Made by a program: the position numbers and the translations under genes | In this document: positions 44,433 through 52,828 of the stretch, piece after piece | How the letters are laid out: every line of letters begins with the position of its first letter | Numbering within the stretch: position 1 is the first letter of the stretch | The notes under the pieces: generated by a model | Told to the model about the DNA's origin: nothing | The model's input: the letters and a program-made list of their open reading frames with translations, nothing else | Databases searched by the model: none | Source: a virus | IMG/VR virus record: IMGVR_UViG_3300035142_000037 | Coordinates: 1 to 64,000 of that record | Length of the DNA stretch: 64,000 nucleotides | Strand: one strand, 5' to 3'

Positions 44433-44605
44433 ACAGCGGTAATCTTCTGTAGGGAAGAAACGCCATTGACATCTAAATAGAGGTTTACCACCCTCGGCGT
44501 TTGAAAAGGTAGATGATAGGGTGATTCCTACAGGTAACGTGGTCCTATCGGTCGTGTGCCGAAAAAAAGCACAATCAATCACGGGTTCAAATCCCGGCTG
44601 CTGTA
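44433..44605 (+). ncRNA. expanded tRNA-like module (acceptor, D-arm and T-arm with about 110-nt insert)
   Basis: ACAGCGG/CTGCTGT acceptor pairing, TCTT-8nt-AAGA D-arm, ACGGG-TTCAAAT-CCCGG T-arm, ACGCC/GGCGT stem enclosing 31 nt. Confidence 0.3.
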
Positions 44606-44699
44606 TAGTTATTATCATCTTGCTATGACGAGATGACGGCGGCCCGTGTCGGCTCTCGGGATAATCCTTGATAGGGATGACAGCCGGAAAGACGGTGTA

Positions 44700-44767
44700 C
44701 AGTAGAGGCTATAGAGTGCCTGGGGCATGCTGATTGTCAATGTCCGGTTCGAATCCGGGTCTACTGT
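44700..44767 (+). ncRNA. tRNA-like element E4 / pseudo-tRNA
   Basis: Perfect 7-bp acceptor CAGTAGA/TCTACTG, T-arm TCCGG-TTCGAAT-CCGGG, loop ATGCTGA (U33, R37) on a weak stem; ATG 44769 follows. Confidence 0.45.
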
Positions 44768-44768
44768 A

Positions 44769-44912
44769 ATGAAGAATCCAGAATGGTGCACATTTGGGGA
44801 TACATGTCCCTACGTACTGAAAAATCAACCCTGTATTACTGCGTGCTGGTTTCACCGGGATGAGGTTGAAAAACGCAGAATCAACCGGGAAACCTGGGAG
44901 GAAAGAAAGTGA
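44769..44912 (+). CDS. hypothetical Cys-rich small protein
   Basis: 47 aa; ATG 2 nt after the 3' end of a tRNA-like element; no SD. Confidence 0.4.
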   Translation: MKNPEWCTFGDTCPYVLKNQPCITACWFHRDEVEKRRINRETWEERK

Positions 44913-44979
44913 CTATAATAGAATCAATCCAGAAAATTAAAGATTTCTTTCACGAAATAGCAGAAAGAAAGGTAGGTAT

Positions 44980-45129
44980 ATGAAAGAAATATTAAAAGGC
45001 AGTGAGACTTTCAGGCAAATCAATGGAGAGTTTGAAAAGTGGTGGGAAAAGAATCTTGAAGGGCGGATGTCGAAGAATAAATATCTAGCCCGAAAAGCAT
45101 GGTTTGCATCACGGGGGTTTAAGTTGTAG
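44980..45129 (+). CDS. hypothetical small protein
   Basis: 49 aa, AAAGGTAGG upstream. Confidence 0.4.
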   Translation: MKEILKGSETFRQINGEFEKWWEKNLEGRMSKNKYLARKAWFASRGFKL

Positions 45130-45138
45130 GAGGAATAT

Positions 45139-45321
45139 ATGGACCTTGAAAAAGTATATTATGATACAGAAGGAAGGAAACGGAATATTTTGCAACTTGT
45201 AAAAGAAGAGCCCGAATGGGCAGCGAACAGAATTCAGGAAGGTGAAAAATATAAAAAGATGTGGGAAGATATAATTAATAACTTGATATGCATAAGAAAT
45301 CAAATTAAGGAGATAGAATGA
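45139..45321 (+). CDS. hypothetical protein
   Basis: 60 aa, AGGAGGAA SD. Confidence 0.5.
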   Translation: MDLEKVYYDTEGRKRNILQLVKEEPEWAANRIQEGEKYKKMWEDIINNLICIRNQIKEIE

Positions 45322-45512
45322 AAGCAATAATTTCTATGAAATCATGTTTTAGTTGCAGGAATCATAATATATGCAAGCATCGAAGCAGAATTTTTGACAA
45401 TTTTGAATTAGCAAGTTTTATAATGGAAGATATTTCGGGGCTTATAAATCTTATTTCTATGGGTATTGCATGTCGATGTAAATATTATGAACCACATGTG
45501 GAAGGCAAATAA
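45318..45512 (+). CDS. hypothetical Cys-rich protein
   Basis: 64 aa, AAGGAG SD. Confidence 0.5.
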   Translation: MKAIISMKSCFSCRNHNICKHRSRIFDNFELASFIMEDISGLINLISMGIACRCKYYEPHVEGK

Positions 45513-45841
45513 TGGCCAGTAAAAAAAATACTATACGTGAAAAAATAAGGCATTTTATTTTACATGAAAAAATCCCTTTGCCTGCCTGGTTATATTACTG
45601 GATGCTTAAGCGATTATCGAAATGTAAAACCTGCCTTGACGGTATTTGTTTCCCTATTTATGGCACATGTCCTAAGGAGAAAAAAGAAAATTGGCCAGAT
45701 AATTATGATGATGTAGACAGAGGCTGCGGGGTTTATTATTGCCCTGAAAAGAATTGTAAATATTCAAAGGAAAAGCAGCATAAACAATTATATAGACTTT
45801 ATAATAACCCTGAAAGGCTAAATAATGGAAGATATGAATAA
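45512..45841 (+). CDS. hypothetical Cys-rich protein
   Basis: 109 aa, stop-start abutting. Confidence 0.5.
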   Translation: MASKKNTIREKIRHFILHEKIPLPAWLYYWMLKRLSKCKTCLDGICFPIYGTCPKEKKENWPDNYDDVDRGCGVYYCPEKNCKYSKEKQHKQLYRLYNNPERLNNGRYE

Positions 45842-46001
45842 TAAAATCAAAAAAATGACTATAGAAGCCATTCAAAAATATCCAGGTAATATAGAACAGT
45901 TAAGAAATGATTGGCCTGGTATAATAGAAGATATCCTGGAGATAGCTTTTTATGAATATGATCAAGAAAACGGCATTACGATGGAGCATAATGAAATGTA
46001 A
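45825..46001 (+). CDS. hypothetical small protein
   Basis: 58 aa, overlaps upstream 3' end in another frame. Confidence 0.4.
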   Translation: MEDMNNKIKKMTIEAIQKYPGNIEQLRNDWPGIIEDILEIAFYEYDQENGITMEHNEM

Positions 46002-46002
46002 T

Positions 46003-46040
46003 AATAGCCCGTGAAAAGAAAGGAAATTTTATGGATAAAA
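46003..46040 (+). repeat. 37-nt repeat TAGCCCGTGAAAAGAAAGGAAATTTTATGGATAAA, copy 1
   Basis: Second copy at 46702-46739 (one mismatch); partial third (CCCATGAAAAGAAAGGA) at 46855-46871. Confidence 0.8.
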
Positions 46041-46360
46041 TCGATAACATGCAATCTTTAGAGGAACACATCGAAAAAATACCAGGGTTTGAATTGACTT
46101 TGGAATTAGATACAATAGGGGATGTTGTGAAGATATGCGAAATGGCAGGAGTTAAATTGCCGGTTATGCAAGAGGAGTATTTTGATAACGGGAGGGCAAT
46201 TAAAAAACTCCTGGATGACAGACGGCGATTAACAAAGCTGTGCCTTGCTATGTTCAGAATTCTTTTTTATGGACACACAGACCCGCCTGCAATTCACGAA
46301 CCAGAAGTATGGCAAATATTAAGAGAAGCAACCGGCAAAACAATTGATGAATTATTATAG
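46031..46360 (+). CDS. hypothetical protein
   Basis: 109 aa; start region is one copy of a 37-nt repeat. Confidence 0.5.
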   Translation: MDKIDNMQSLEEHIEKIPGFELTLELDTIGDVVKICEMAGVKLPVMQEEYFDNGRAIKKLLDDRRRLTKLCLAMFRILFYGHTDPPAIHEPEVWQILREATGKTIDELL

Positions 46361-46368
46361 CAGGCCCC

Positions 46369-46496
46369 TTGACACACCTGCAAAATTATGATAAATTAAG
46401 ACAGGGCAAAATACAGTAGTATAAAGAAGGCATAATTTAGCCCGGGGGACTACTGCCCGGCACCTGCCCGGTGATTGCTAAGTTATGCCTTTTTTA
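46369..46496 (+). promoter_or_regulatory. promoter TTGACA-17-TAAATT + leader L4 (interleaved helices, U-tract)
   Basis: Helix A 46414-46420/46449-46455; helix B 46429-46441/46477-46489 (13 bp, one G-U); U6. Confidence 0.6.
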
Positions 46497-46511
46497 TTGA
46501 AAGGGGAGTTT

Positions 46512-46703
46512 ATGAAATGTTTCAAAATAATTCCAGATTATAATACTAAAACTGGAAAAGGATTAAATCCATGTATTGAAAGTAAAATAGAGAATCTATC
46601 TATATGGTTTGAAGATGCTGAACCAGGGGAAAAATTTTTGATTCAAGTTATTGAAATGACAGAAAGTCAATATAATACTTTACCGGAATACATGGGACCG
46701 TAG
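46512..46703 (+). CDS. hypothetical protein
   Basis: 63 aa; ATG at 46512 after GGGGAG, just past the leader U-tract. Confidence 0.5.
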   Translation: MKCFKIIPDYNTKTGKGLNPCIESKIENLSIWFEDAEPGEKFLIQVIEMTESQYNTLPEYMGP

Positions 46704-46726
46704 CCCGTGAAAAGAAAGGGAATTTT

Positions 46727-46861
46727 ATGGATAAAGAACAATTATATAACAGACTAGATGAAGATGAAGAATTAACAGATGAGGAGAAAAGAGAAATATA
46801 TTTTACTGAAATAGCATTTGCAGAAGAAGAGGAGCGTTGGAAGGAAAATAATGGCCCATGA
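46727..46861 (+). CDS. hypothetical acidic small protein
   Basis: 44 aa; start region is the second copy of the 37-nt repeat. Confidence 0.4.
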   Translation: MDKEQLYNRLDEDEELTDEEKREIYFTEIAFAEEEERWKENNGP

Positions 46862-47693
46862 AAAGAAAGGATATGGAATAATTCCTACCTGGATAATGAA
46901 AGCAAATTTATCTCATAAGGCAAAATTGATACTTATGTGTTTAGCATGTTATGCAGGTGATAAAGATTATTGTTATCCTTCTATTTCTACTATTTGCTCT
47001 GATTTGAAAATAGGCAGAACCACTGCTATTAATATTTTAAAAAAAGCAGAAGAAAAAAAGTTTATAAAAATAGAAAAATTATATCCTGGAAATCCGTTTA
47101 AAAAGCACAACAAATATACGTTATTATTTAAAAACGGTAGTTCTATATGCAGGACCACCGGAAGTCCCAATGCAGGACCACCGGAAGTCCCAATGCAGGA
47201 CCATGAAAAACATGAAAATCCAGTCCCAATGCAGGACTCTCGAAGTCCCAATGCAGGACTCTCGAAGTCCCAATGCAGGACGGAGAATATTAACATTAAT
47301 ATAATAACAGAAAAGGATTTGCAAAAAACTAGAGAGAATGATCTTAAAAAGCTTAAACAGATTACATTAGAGATTTTTAAAAAAATCTCTCCTGAACAAT
47401 TTAAGACAAAAAACGATTTTGCAAGGGAAGGAAGTGCAATAAAGAAATTCTGCGAAGATGCAGTTGAAAGATTCAAAGATTTCAATGAACAAAAAAAATG
47501 GGTTGAAGACATAACGGATATTTACAGAAAAATCTGTTTTTCAGAGATTAAGCATAAATGGCTAAATGATTCAGTTTTTATCCCATCCCGGATGAGATCG
47601 AAAGGAATTTGGCCGGAAGTAGTTAATGCACTTAAAGAAAAACGTCCTAAAAACAAAAAAATGCCTGATTATTCCAGTTATAAGGAGGATTAA
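46851..47693 (+). CDS. replication initiator / replisome organizer with internal iterons
   Basis: N-terminal winged-helix-like YGIIP..I......AKLI...L..YAG....C.PS...I...L.....T....L; five 15-bp iterons inside the gene (lambda O-like layout). Confidence 0.7.
   Translation: MAHEKKGYGIIPTWIMKANLSHKAKLILMCLACYAGDKDYCYPSISTICSDLKIGRTTAINILKKAEEKKFIKIEKLYPGNPFKKHNKYTLLFKNGSSICRTTGSPNAGPPEVPMQDHEKHENPVPMQDSRSPNAGLSKSQCRTENININIITEKDLQKTRENDLKKLKQITLEIFKKISPEQFKTKNDFAREGSAIKKFCEDAVERFKDFNEQKKWVEDITDIYRKICFSEIKHKWLNDSVFIPSRMRSKGIWPEVVNALKEKRPKNKKMPDYSSYKED
47146..47281. repeat. iteron array (5 x GTCCCAATGCAGGAC + partial), candidate origin
   Basis: Copies at 47164, 47187, 47223, 47245, 47267; each has GTCC...GGAC dyad; AT-rich stretch follows at 47282-47310. 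Confidence 0.8.
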
Positions 47694-48413
47694 ATGAATT
47701 GTAAAAGCTGTGGAAAAGAAATAGAAAAAGGTGAATTCTGTAATGAATATTGTAAAAAAGCATATATGATAAATTCGTCATTGACAGATATTGAAAAAAC
47801 TGAAACGGTAGAAGAAAATCCGATTATAATAACGCCTGTTATTAATTTGTTCGGGAAACGATATTCAGAATGTTCTTTTGAAAATTTTAAATGTAAAACA
47901 GAAGATCAGAAAAAAGTGTTAAATCGTATCATAGAAATTACGGAACAAATAAAAAATGGGAAAGGATTAATATTTGCATTTATAGGCGGATGGGGAACTG
48001 GAAAAGATCATCTTGCAGCGGCAATAGTGAGAAAACTTGCTAATTATAGAATCATTCACACAACTGTAATGAGAATGTCTAGAGAAATAAGAGAAGCCGG
48101 GAAAAATGATTCAAAATTTAAACAGCAAGATATTATTGATTCGTTTTCACTTTGTGATTTTCTTATACTTAATGAAATTGGAGTACAATCGGTAACTGCG
48201 TTTGAACGGAATATTATTCATGAAATAATTGATAGTCATTACAGAGCTATGACAAGTGTATTACTTATATCGAATGAACAGAAAGAGAAATTTCAGGAAT
48301 GTATAGACGCTCCAGGATTAAACCGAGTATGGGATCGTATAGATGAAAAGCTTTTATTTACATGGGGAAGCGAAAGAAAAAATGAACGGATGAAGCAAGT
48401 AAGGAAGGTGTAA
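47694..48413 (+). CDS. DnaC/IstB-like helicase loader ATPase with N-terminal Zn-ribbon
   Basis: 239 aa; Walker A GGWGTGKDHL, Walker B-like FLILNEIG. Confidence 0.75.
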   Translation: MNCKSCGKEIEKGEFCNEYCKKAYMINSSLTDIEKTETVEENPIIITPVINLFGKRYSECSFENFKCKTEDQKKVLNRIIEITEQIKNGKGLIFAFIGGWGTGKDHLAAAIVRKLANYRIIHTTVMRMSREIREAGKNDSKFKQQDIIDSFSLCDFLILNEIGVQSVTAFERNIIHEIIDSHYRAMTSVLLISNEQKEKFQECIDAPGLNRVWDRIDEKLLFTWGSERKNERMKQVRKV

Positions 48414-48416
48414 TGA

Positions 48417-48575
48417 ATGGATGAAGTAACGTTGAAAAAAATCATCAAAGCACAGGCGGAACTATTGGCAAGTTATAGACTGCAAAGAGAGCCACCTGCT
48501 AAAATTATGAACTATCTAAGACAGCATCAAAATGAAATTGATGTAATTGTGAGAAATATTAAGATTAAGGGGTGA
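48417..48575 (+). CDS. hypothetical small protein
   Basis: 52 aa, AAGGAAGG upstream. Confidence 0.4.
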   Translation: MDEVTLKKIIKAQAELLASYRLQREPPAKIMNYLRQHQNEIDVIVRNIKIKG

Positions 48576-48578
48576 AGA

Positions 48579-48773
48579 ATGAATGACCTGATAAAACAAA
48601 TGAGAGAGAATGCAGAAAAAGCTATAAAATTTTATTCTGATAACTTTATAAAAACAGGTGAAAATGATTATGATATAGGAAAAAAGTACGCAGATATTAT
48701 TTGTTCAATTATCAAAAATGAATCAGAAGATTTTGTGCAAGGTGTTATGGATAGATTTGTTGATCCGTTATGA
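48579..48773 (+). CDS. hypothetical protein
   Basis: 64 aa, AAGGGG SD. Confidence 0.5.
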   Translation: MNDLIKQMRENAEKAIKFYSDNFIKTGENDYDIGKKYADIICSIIKNESEDFVQGVMDRFVDPL

Positions 48774-48786
48774 ATAGGAGGGAGAA

Positions 48787-49236
48787 GTGAAACACGAAAA
48801 TGAAACTATCATAGTAATAGAATATTGTAATGGATTACCATTCTCTGTATACACGGAATGCAACGATTATGCCTTTGACATGCACGCTAATGGGTGGTTA
48901 ATGTTTGAATTAGTAGGTTGCGGGCGTAATTACATAAAAGAAGGTAAAAAAAAGATAATAAAGGATTTAGGTTTTTCTTTATCAAATCCAAAGTTTTCAT
49001 ATTCAGTATGGTTTGATCCCGGTTATGAATTGCGTTTGACCCAGCCGGTAAGATTGAGTATTATTGATAGACCAATAATGATACCATTTGAAGGAAATTG
49101 GGTAACGGAAAAATATAATAATCCGTTTAAGGCCGGCAGTGAGGTAAATGAGATTTATTACTGTGAAAAATGCAATGCATTTTATGATGATGAATGTCCC
49201 GAACACGGATATTATGCCGAAGAGGAAGTATTGTAA
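48787..49236 (+). CDS. hypothetical protein
   Basis: 149 aa, GTG start after GGAGGGAG. Confidence 0.5.
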   Translation: MKHENETIIVIEYCNGLPFSVYTECNDYAFDMHANGWLMFELVGCGRNYIKEGKKKIIKDLGFSLSNPKFSYSVWFDPGYELRLTQPVRLSIIDRPIMIPFEGNWVTEKYNNPFKAGSEVNEIYYCEKCNAFYDDECPEHGYYAEEEVL

Positions 49237-49381
49237 AGGAGAATAAAATGGAATATAGAAGTGATCTAGAAGAATTACAAAAAGAGATAGATGCTTTAAA
49301 GAAAGAAATACAATTCATATGGAAATATATAGAAGGAGATCAATCAGCAATAGGAGCAAGAAAGCTATCTAAAATTTTGGA
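49235..49381 (+). repeat. direct repeat copy 1 (about 147 nt)
   Basis: Near-identical to 59623-59769. Confidence 0.85.
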
Positions 49382-49391
49382 AGGCAGGTAA
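49248..49391 (+). CDS. small coiled-coil protein, copy 1 of a duplicated gene
   Basis: 47 aa; about 97% nt identity to 59636-59779. Confidence 0.5.
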   Translation: MEYRSDLEELQKEIDALKKEIQFIWKYIEGDQSAIGARKLSKILEGR

Positions 49392-49393
49392 GT

Positions 49394-50176
49394 ATGAAAC
49401 GTAAGGCAAACAAGGATTGGTGGGACTTCCCATATAATCCGATTAAGGGATGCGGGTTTAATCCGTTCTGTACATATTGTTATGCCAGGCGGATAGTGAA
49501 ACGACTGGGATATGCTGAAAAGGTGGCGGATTCAGAAATGACGTATCAATATGGTCAACATTGGCCAGTTTTGATGAAAGGTGGAGAACATTACGAATTG
49601 ATTGAAAGAATCAAAGCCTTCAAACCCACCTTTTTTGAGTACGTTCTGGCCCAGAAGCTACGGAAAAAGCCGACACTTTATTTTTTCAGCATGTCCGATC
49701 CGGCGTATTGGGAGAAGGAATGGTATGAGAGAATAGTCGATAAAATAGCAAGGCATATGCAGCATACTTTTGTGGTACTGACAAAGCAGCCGGAAATATA
49801 TAAAAAGTATACTTTTCCACATAATACCATACTCGGGATAACAGCCATAAATAATCACAATCTTGGAGTAGCCGTGGGGTATATGACAATGTATAAGCAT
49901 TATCTAGTTACTCCATTAATAAATAAATTACTTATTGTAATTGAACCGGTTCAAGAGAAAATACGATTAGATATACATGGTAGAAACATAGAAAAATATG
50001 TTGACTGGCTGCACATAGGCATAGAAACCGGAAACCGGAAAGGCAAGTATATACCTACCCGGAAAGAAATAGAGCCGTTCTATAACCTGGACATCCCGAT
50101 ATTTATGAAAAATAGTCTGGCTGGGATAACCAGCAGGAAGTTAAGGCAGAAATTTCCAGATGGGGTAAAGGAATGA
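49394..50176 (+). CDS. phage Gp37/Gp68 (DUF5131)-like protein
   Basis: 260 aa; N-terminal W...YNPIKGC....C.YCYA motif. Confidence 0.65.
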   Translation: MKRKANKDWWDFPYNPIKGCGFNPFCTYCYARRIVKRLGYAEKVADSEMTYQYGQHWPVLMKGGEHYELIERIKAFKPTFFEYVLAQKLRKKPTLYFFSMSDPAYWEKEWYERIVDKIARHMQHTFVVLTKQPEIYKKYTFPHNTILGITAINNHNLGVAVGYMTMYKHYLVTPLINKLLIVIEPVQEKIRLDIHGRNIEKYVDWLHIGIETGNRKGKYIPTRKEIEPFYNLDIPIFMKNSLAGITSRKLRQKFPDGVKE

Positions 50177-50667
50177 TAAGAAAAGCAGTCATAGAAGATA
50201 ATTATAGGTATCAATTATACCGGGAATGGGATGCTGAAAAACCATGCATATTATGGATTATGCTGAATCCTTCGATTGCGGACGGGGAGAAAGATGATCC
50301 GACGATTAAAAAGATAGTACGGATATCGGATAATTTGGGATTTGGCAGTTTATATGTAGGCAATCTATACGCTTATATTTGCACGGATTCAAATCAGCTT
50401 TTTAAAAAAAATATAGATTACAAAGGTCCTTACAGATATTTACATTTACAGAACATGTTATGTCAGACTGAAAAAGTAATACTTGCGTGTGGCAGAAAGG
50501 CAAAAGAAAAAGATTTGCAGGCTTTAATGAAAATGATGAAAGTTTATAAAAATAAAATATACTGCCTGAAAATCAATAAAGACGGAACCCCTGCTCATCC
50601 TTTGTATTTACCTGAAAAGAATATTAAGTTGATTGAATATAGATTACCGGAGGAGAATGAAAGATGA
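50173..50667 (+). CDS. DUF1643-like protein
   Basis: 164 aa; ..YRY.L.R.W......WIMLNPS.AD...DDPT motif. Confidence 0.65.
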   Translation: MIRKAVIEDNYRYQLYREWDAEKPCILWIMLNPSIADGEKDDPTIKKIVRISDNLGFGSLYVGNLYAYICTDSNQLFKKNIDYKGPYRYLHLQNMLCQTEKVILACGRKAKEKDLQALMKMMKVYKNKIYCLKINKDGTPAHPLYLPEKNIKLIEYRLPEENER

Positions 50668-50969
50668 AACAAACAAAACCTGAATGGATAAGACAGAAAT
50701 TAGAGAACGAATATGTCTATGGATATTTTTTCAAGTTATCAGCGGTTATAGTTGATCCGATGTTGAGACCGCTTTACGAAGCCTTTAAGGCATTGGAAGA
50801 AGAAAACCGGGATTTGCGATGTTGTGGGAACTGTAAACATAATAATGTAATGGAAACTGGGGATATAAGAGAAGAAAATTGTGGTTTGGACAAATCAATA
50901 GATGCAAGTTATCAATATTGTAAGCAGTGGGAATTTGACGGGCTAAAACAGGAGGATAGAGAGGTATGA
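50664..50969 (+). CDS. hypothetical protein
   Basis: 101 aa, 4-nt overlaps both sides. Confidence 0.5.
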   Translation: MKQTKPEWIRQKLENEYVYGYFFKLSAVIVDPMLRPLYEAFKALEEENRDLRCCGNCKHNNVMETGDIREENCGLDKSIDASYQYCKQWEFDGLKQEDREV

Positions 50970-51619
50970 AAAATGGATTATTCCCGGAAAATGAAACAAC
51001 CCCGGTAATAAAATCTATCTCATATTCGCAAGATGCAATATTACAATCAATAATATATCTATTCATTCCGGCTGGCCGGATTCATCTTGACCCCTGTTAC
51101 AATAAGGGCGGTTTTTACAGGTCCGGAAAAATAACGGCGCCGGCGCCGGAATTTCGGTATGATATTAATCCTATCCCGGGTACCCAGTCGCAAAAAGGAG
51201 ATTGCAGAAATCTACCGATTACCGATAATTCGATAGAAAGTATAATTTTTGACCCGCCTTTTCTTACTACGAACCCGACCGGAAAAGAAAAGGAAAACAG
51301 CAATATCATGCATTCCCGATTTTCATCATTTAAAAATATGACTGAATTTCAATTTTTTATGATAGATTCCGTCGCAGAGTTTCAAAGGGTACTTATACCA
51401 GGCGGAATTCTTATTGTGAAATGCCAGGATACTGTAAGAAGCGGGACGCAATACTGGGTACATATTACAGTGAAAAATATAGCAACTGATTATTTTTTTA
51501 CACCGGAAGATTTGTTTATCCTGCTGGCAAAGAATCGGCCAATTTCTGGTAAGATTAAGAGACAGCAGCATGCCCGAAAATTTCATAGTTACTTCTGGGT
51601 GTTTAGAAAGGGGAAATAA
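50966..51619 (+). CDS. putative DNA (amino) methyltransferase
   Basis: 217 aa; IIFDPPF (DPPF/Y-type catalytic motif) and upstream D.CYNKGGF AdoMet-like motif. Confidence 0.55.
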   Translation: MKNGLFPENETTPVIKSISYSQDAILQSIIYLFIPAGRIHLDPCYNKGGFYRSGKITAPAPEFRYDINPIPGTQSQKGDCRNLPITDNSIESIIFDPPFLTTNPTGKEKENSNIMHSRFSSFKNMTEFQFFMIDSVAEFQRVLIPGGILIVKCQDTVRSGTQYWVHITVKNIATDYFFTPEDLFILLAKNRPISGKIKRQQHARKFHSYFWVFRKGK

Positions 51620-52311
51620 TGAAAACAATAGTCAATTTTTCAGGCGGTAAAGATTCAACAGCTATGCTATTATGCATGATTGAGAAAAAGATTCCCTTTG
51701 ATGAGATAGTCTATTTTGATTCAGGTTCTTGGGAATTTCCGGAAATGAAAAAACATATTAGACTGGTAGAGCAATACACAGGGCGTAAAATTATACGGCT
51801 TAAGCCAGAAAAGTCTTTTTCATATTGGTTTTGGCAGCACTGGCCGACCCGGGAACATAAACAACCCGGGCTGGGGAAAAGCTGGCCGACGCCTATAAGG
51901 AGGTGGTGTACCCGGGTGAAAAATGAAACTCAGGATAAATATTGTAAGGATGCGGTGCGGTATATCGGGTTTGCCTATGATGAGCAAAAAAGAGTAAAAT
52001 CAAAAAATATACAAAAGCTTAATGCTAAATTTCCGCTTATAGAATGGGGAATGACAGAAAAGGATTGCCTTGAATATTGTTATGAAAAAGGATTCATTTG
52101 GAATTATCTATACAACGCATTTAATCGGGTTTCCTGTTGGTGCTGTCCTTTGCAACCGCTCAAAGCTTTGAAAATGCTATATATTTATTTCCCAAGATTA
52201 TGGGGAATTCTTAAGATGATGGATGCTAATACCTGGCAGCAATTCAGGAAAGATTACTCCGTGATGGAGCTTGAAGATAAATTTAAAAATGAGGGAAAAT
52301 ATTGGGCTTAA
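51619..52311 (+). CDS. PAPS reductase-like / PP-loop ATPase family protein
   Basis: 230 aa; SGGKDS PP-loop at N-terminus; C-terminal CWCCP. Confidence 0.75.
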   Translation: MKTIVNFSGGKDSTAMLLCMIEKKIPFDEIVYFDSGSWEFPEMKKHIRLVEQYTGRKIIRLKPEKSFSYWFWQHWPTREHKQPGLGKSWPTPIRRWCTRVKNETQDKYCKDAVRYIGFAYDEQKRVKSKNIQKLNAKFPLIEWGMTEKDCLEYCYEKGFIWNYLYNAFNRVSCWCCPLQPLKALKMLYIYFPRLWGILKMMDANTWQQFRKDYSVMELEDKFKNEGKYWA

Positions 52312-52320
52312 GGAGGAATA

Positions 52321-52473
52321 ATGGAAGAATGCAGGCGGCATGATTGGGAACTAATCGAATACAGAGAGCCTAACTTCGGGACAGTATGGGCATATGGAAG
52401 AAGGTGTAAAATATGTGGAAGAAGAGAGGGGACTACCGGGGATATTCCATGGATTAGGCTTAAGGAGGAGTAA
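52321..52473 (+). CDS. hypothetical small protein
   Basis: 50 aa, AAGGAGGAA SD. Confidence 0.4.
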   Translation: MEECRRHDWELIEYREPNFGTVWAYGRRCKICGRREGTTGDIPWIRLKEE

Positions 52474-52542
52474 TCGGAAAGATGAAGGTAGCTGTATTAT
52501 GTGAGTTTAGCGGAATAGTCCGCTTCAATGGGGAGGACTTAA

Positions 52543-52767
52543 TTGAGCTGTAATATATGTGGGACTTGTAATATTATAGAAGGATGTGGAGGTATTAATC
52601 TGGAATACATAATTTCAGAAGATAAAATTCAAAGAACAATGAAAAAAGTTACAGACGCAATATGTAATGGGGATAAAACAATTGACATAGAATATGCATT
52701 GATATTACATGATTATATACAACAGGAGAAAGTTAAGAAAGAAGAAGGATTTGGCATCCAGGATTAA
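52543..52767 (+). CDS. hypothetical protein
   Basis: 74 aa, TTG start, start uncertain. Confidence 0.35.
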   Translation: MSCNICGTCNIIEGCGGINLEYIISEDKIQRTMKKVTDAICNGDKTIDIEYALILHDYIQQEKVKKEEGFGIQD

Positions 52768-52828
52768 GAGAATGATTACCTAGAAAAAGAAATGATACAG
52801 GCAAAATTACTCATATTAAGGAGGAGTA

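Larger units (their letters stand above)
44150..44768 (+). ncRNA. GC-rich structured RNA locus containing three T-arm modules
   Basis: No credible ORF; many local and long-range helices (8-bp GATCTTGC/GCAAGATC, ATTGCC-GAGA-GGCAAT, GGCAAG/CTTGCC, GATAGG/CCTATC); GC visibly above flanks. Confidence 0.5.

Noticed and set aside
44433-44605. tmRNA
   Set aside because: The module is only ~173 nt, with no G3-U70 alanine identity pair, no plausible resume codon or tag ORF ending in a hydrophobic tail, and no pseudoknot series.
44150-44618. Track ORFs 44150-44404(+) and 44388-44618(-) in the GC-rich locus
   Set aside because: They have no SD and an Arg/Pro/Leu-rich composition. The region is dominated by RNA-type helices and T-arm motifs, so it is treated as non-coding RNA.
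47146-47281. CRISPR-like array
   Set aside because: The repeats are only 15 bp with 7-21 bp of intervening sequence. They lie in-frame inside a replication-initiator gene and no cas genes are present. Iterons are the better explanation.
46973-47512. 179-aa ORF on the - strand antisense to the replication initiator
   Set aside because: It is kept open largely by the repeat array. It has no SD, and the sense-strand gene has a recognisable winged-helix N-terminus.
52482-52553. 23-aa ORF MKVAVLCEFSGIVRFNGEDLIEL resembling the N-terminus of a prophage DNA-methyltransferase-like family
   Set aside because: It stops after 23 codons with no downstream continuation in any frame. It may be a pseudogene remnant, but the evidence is a single short motif.
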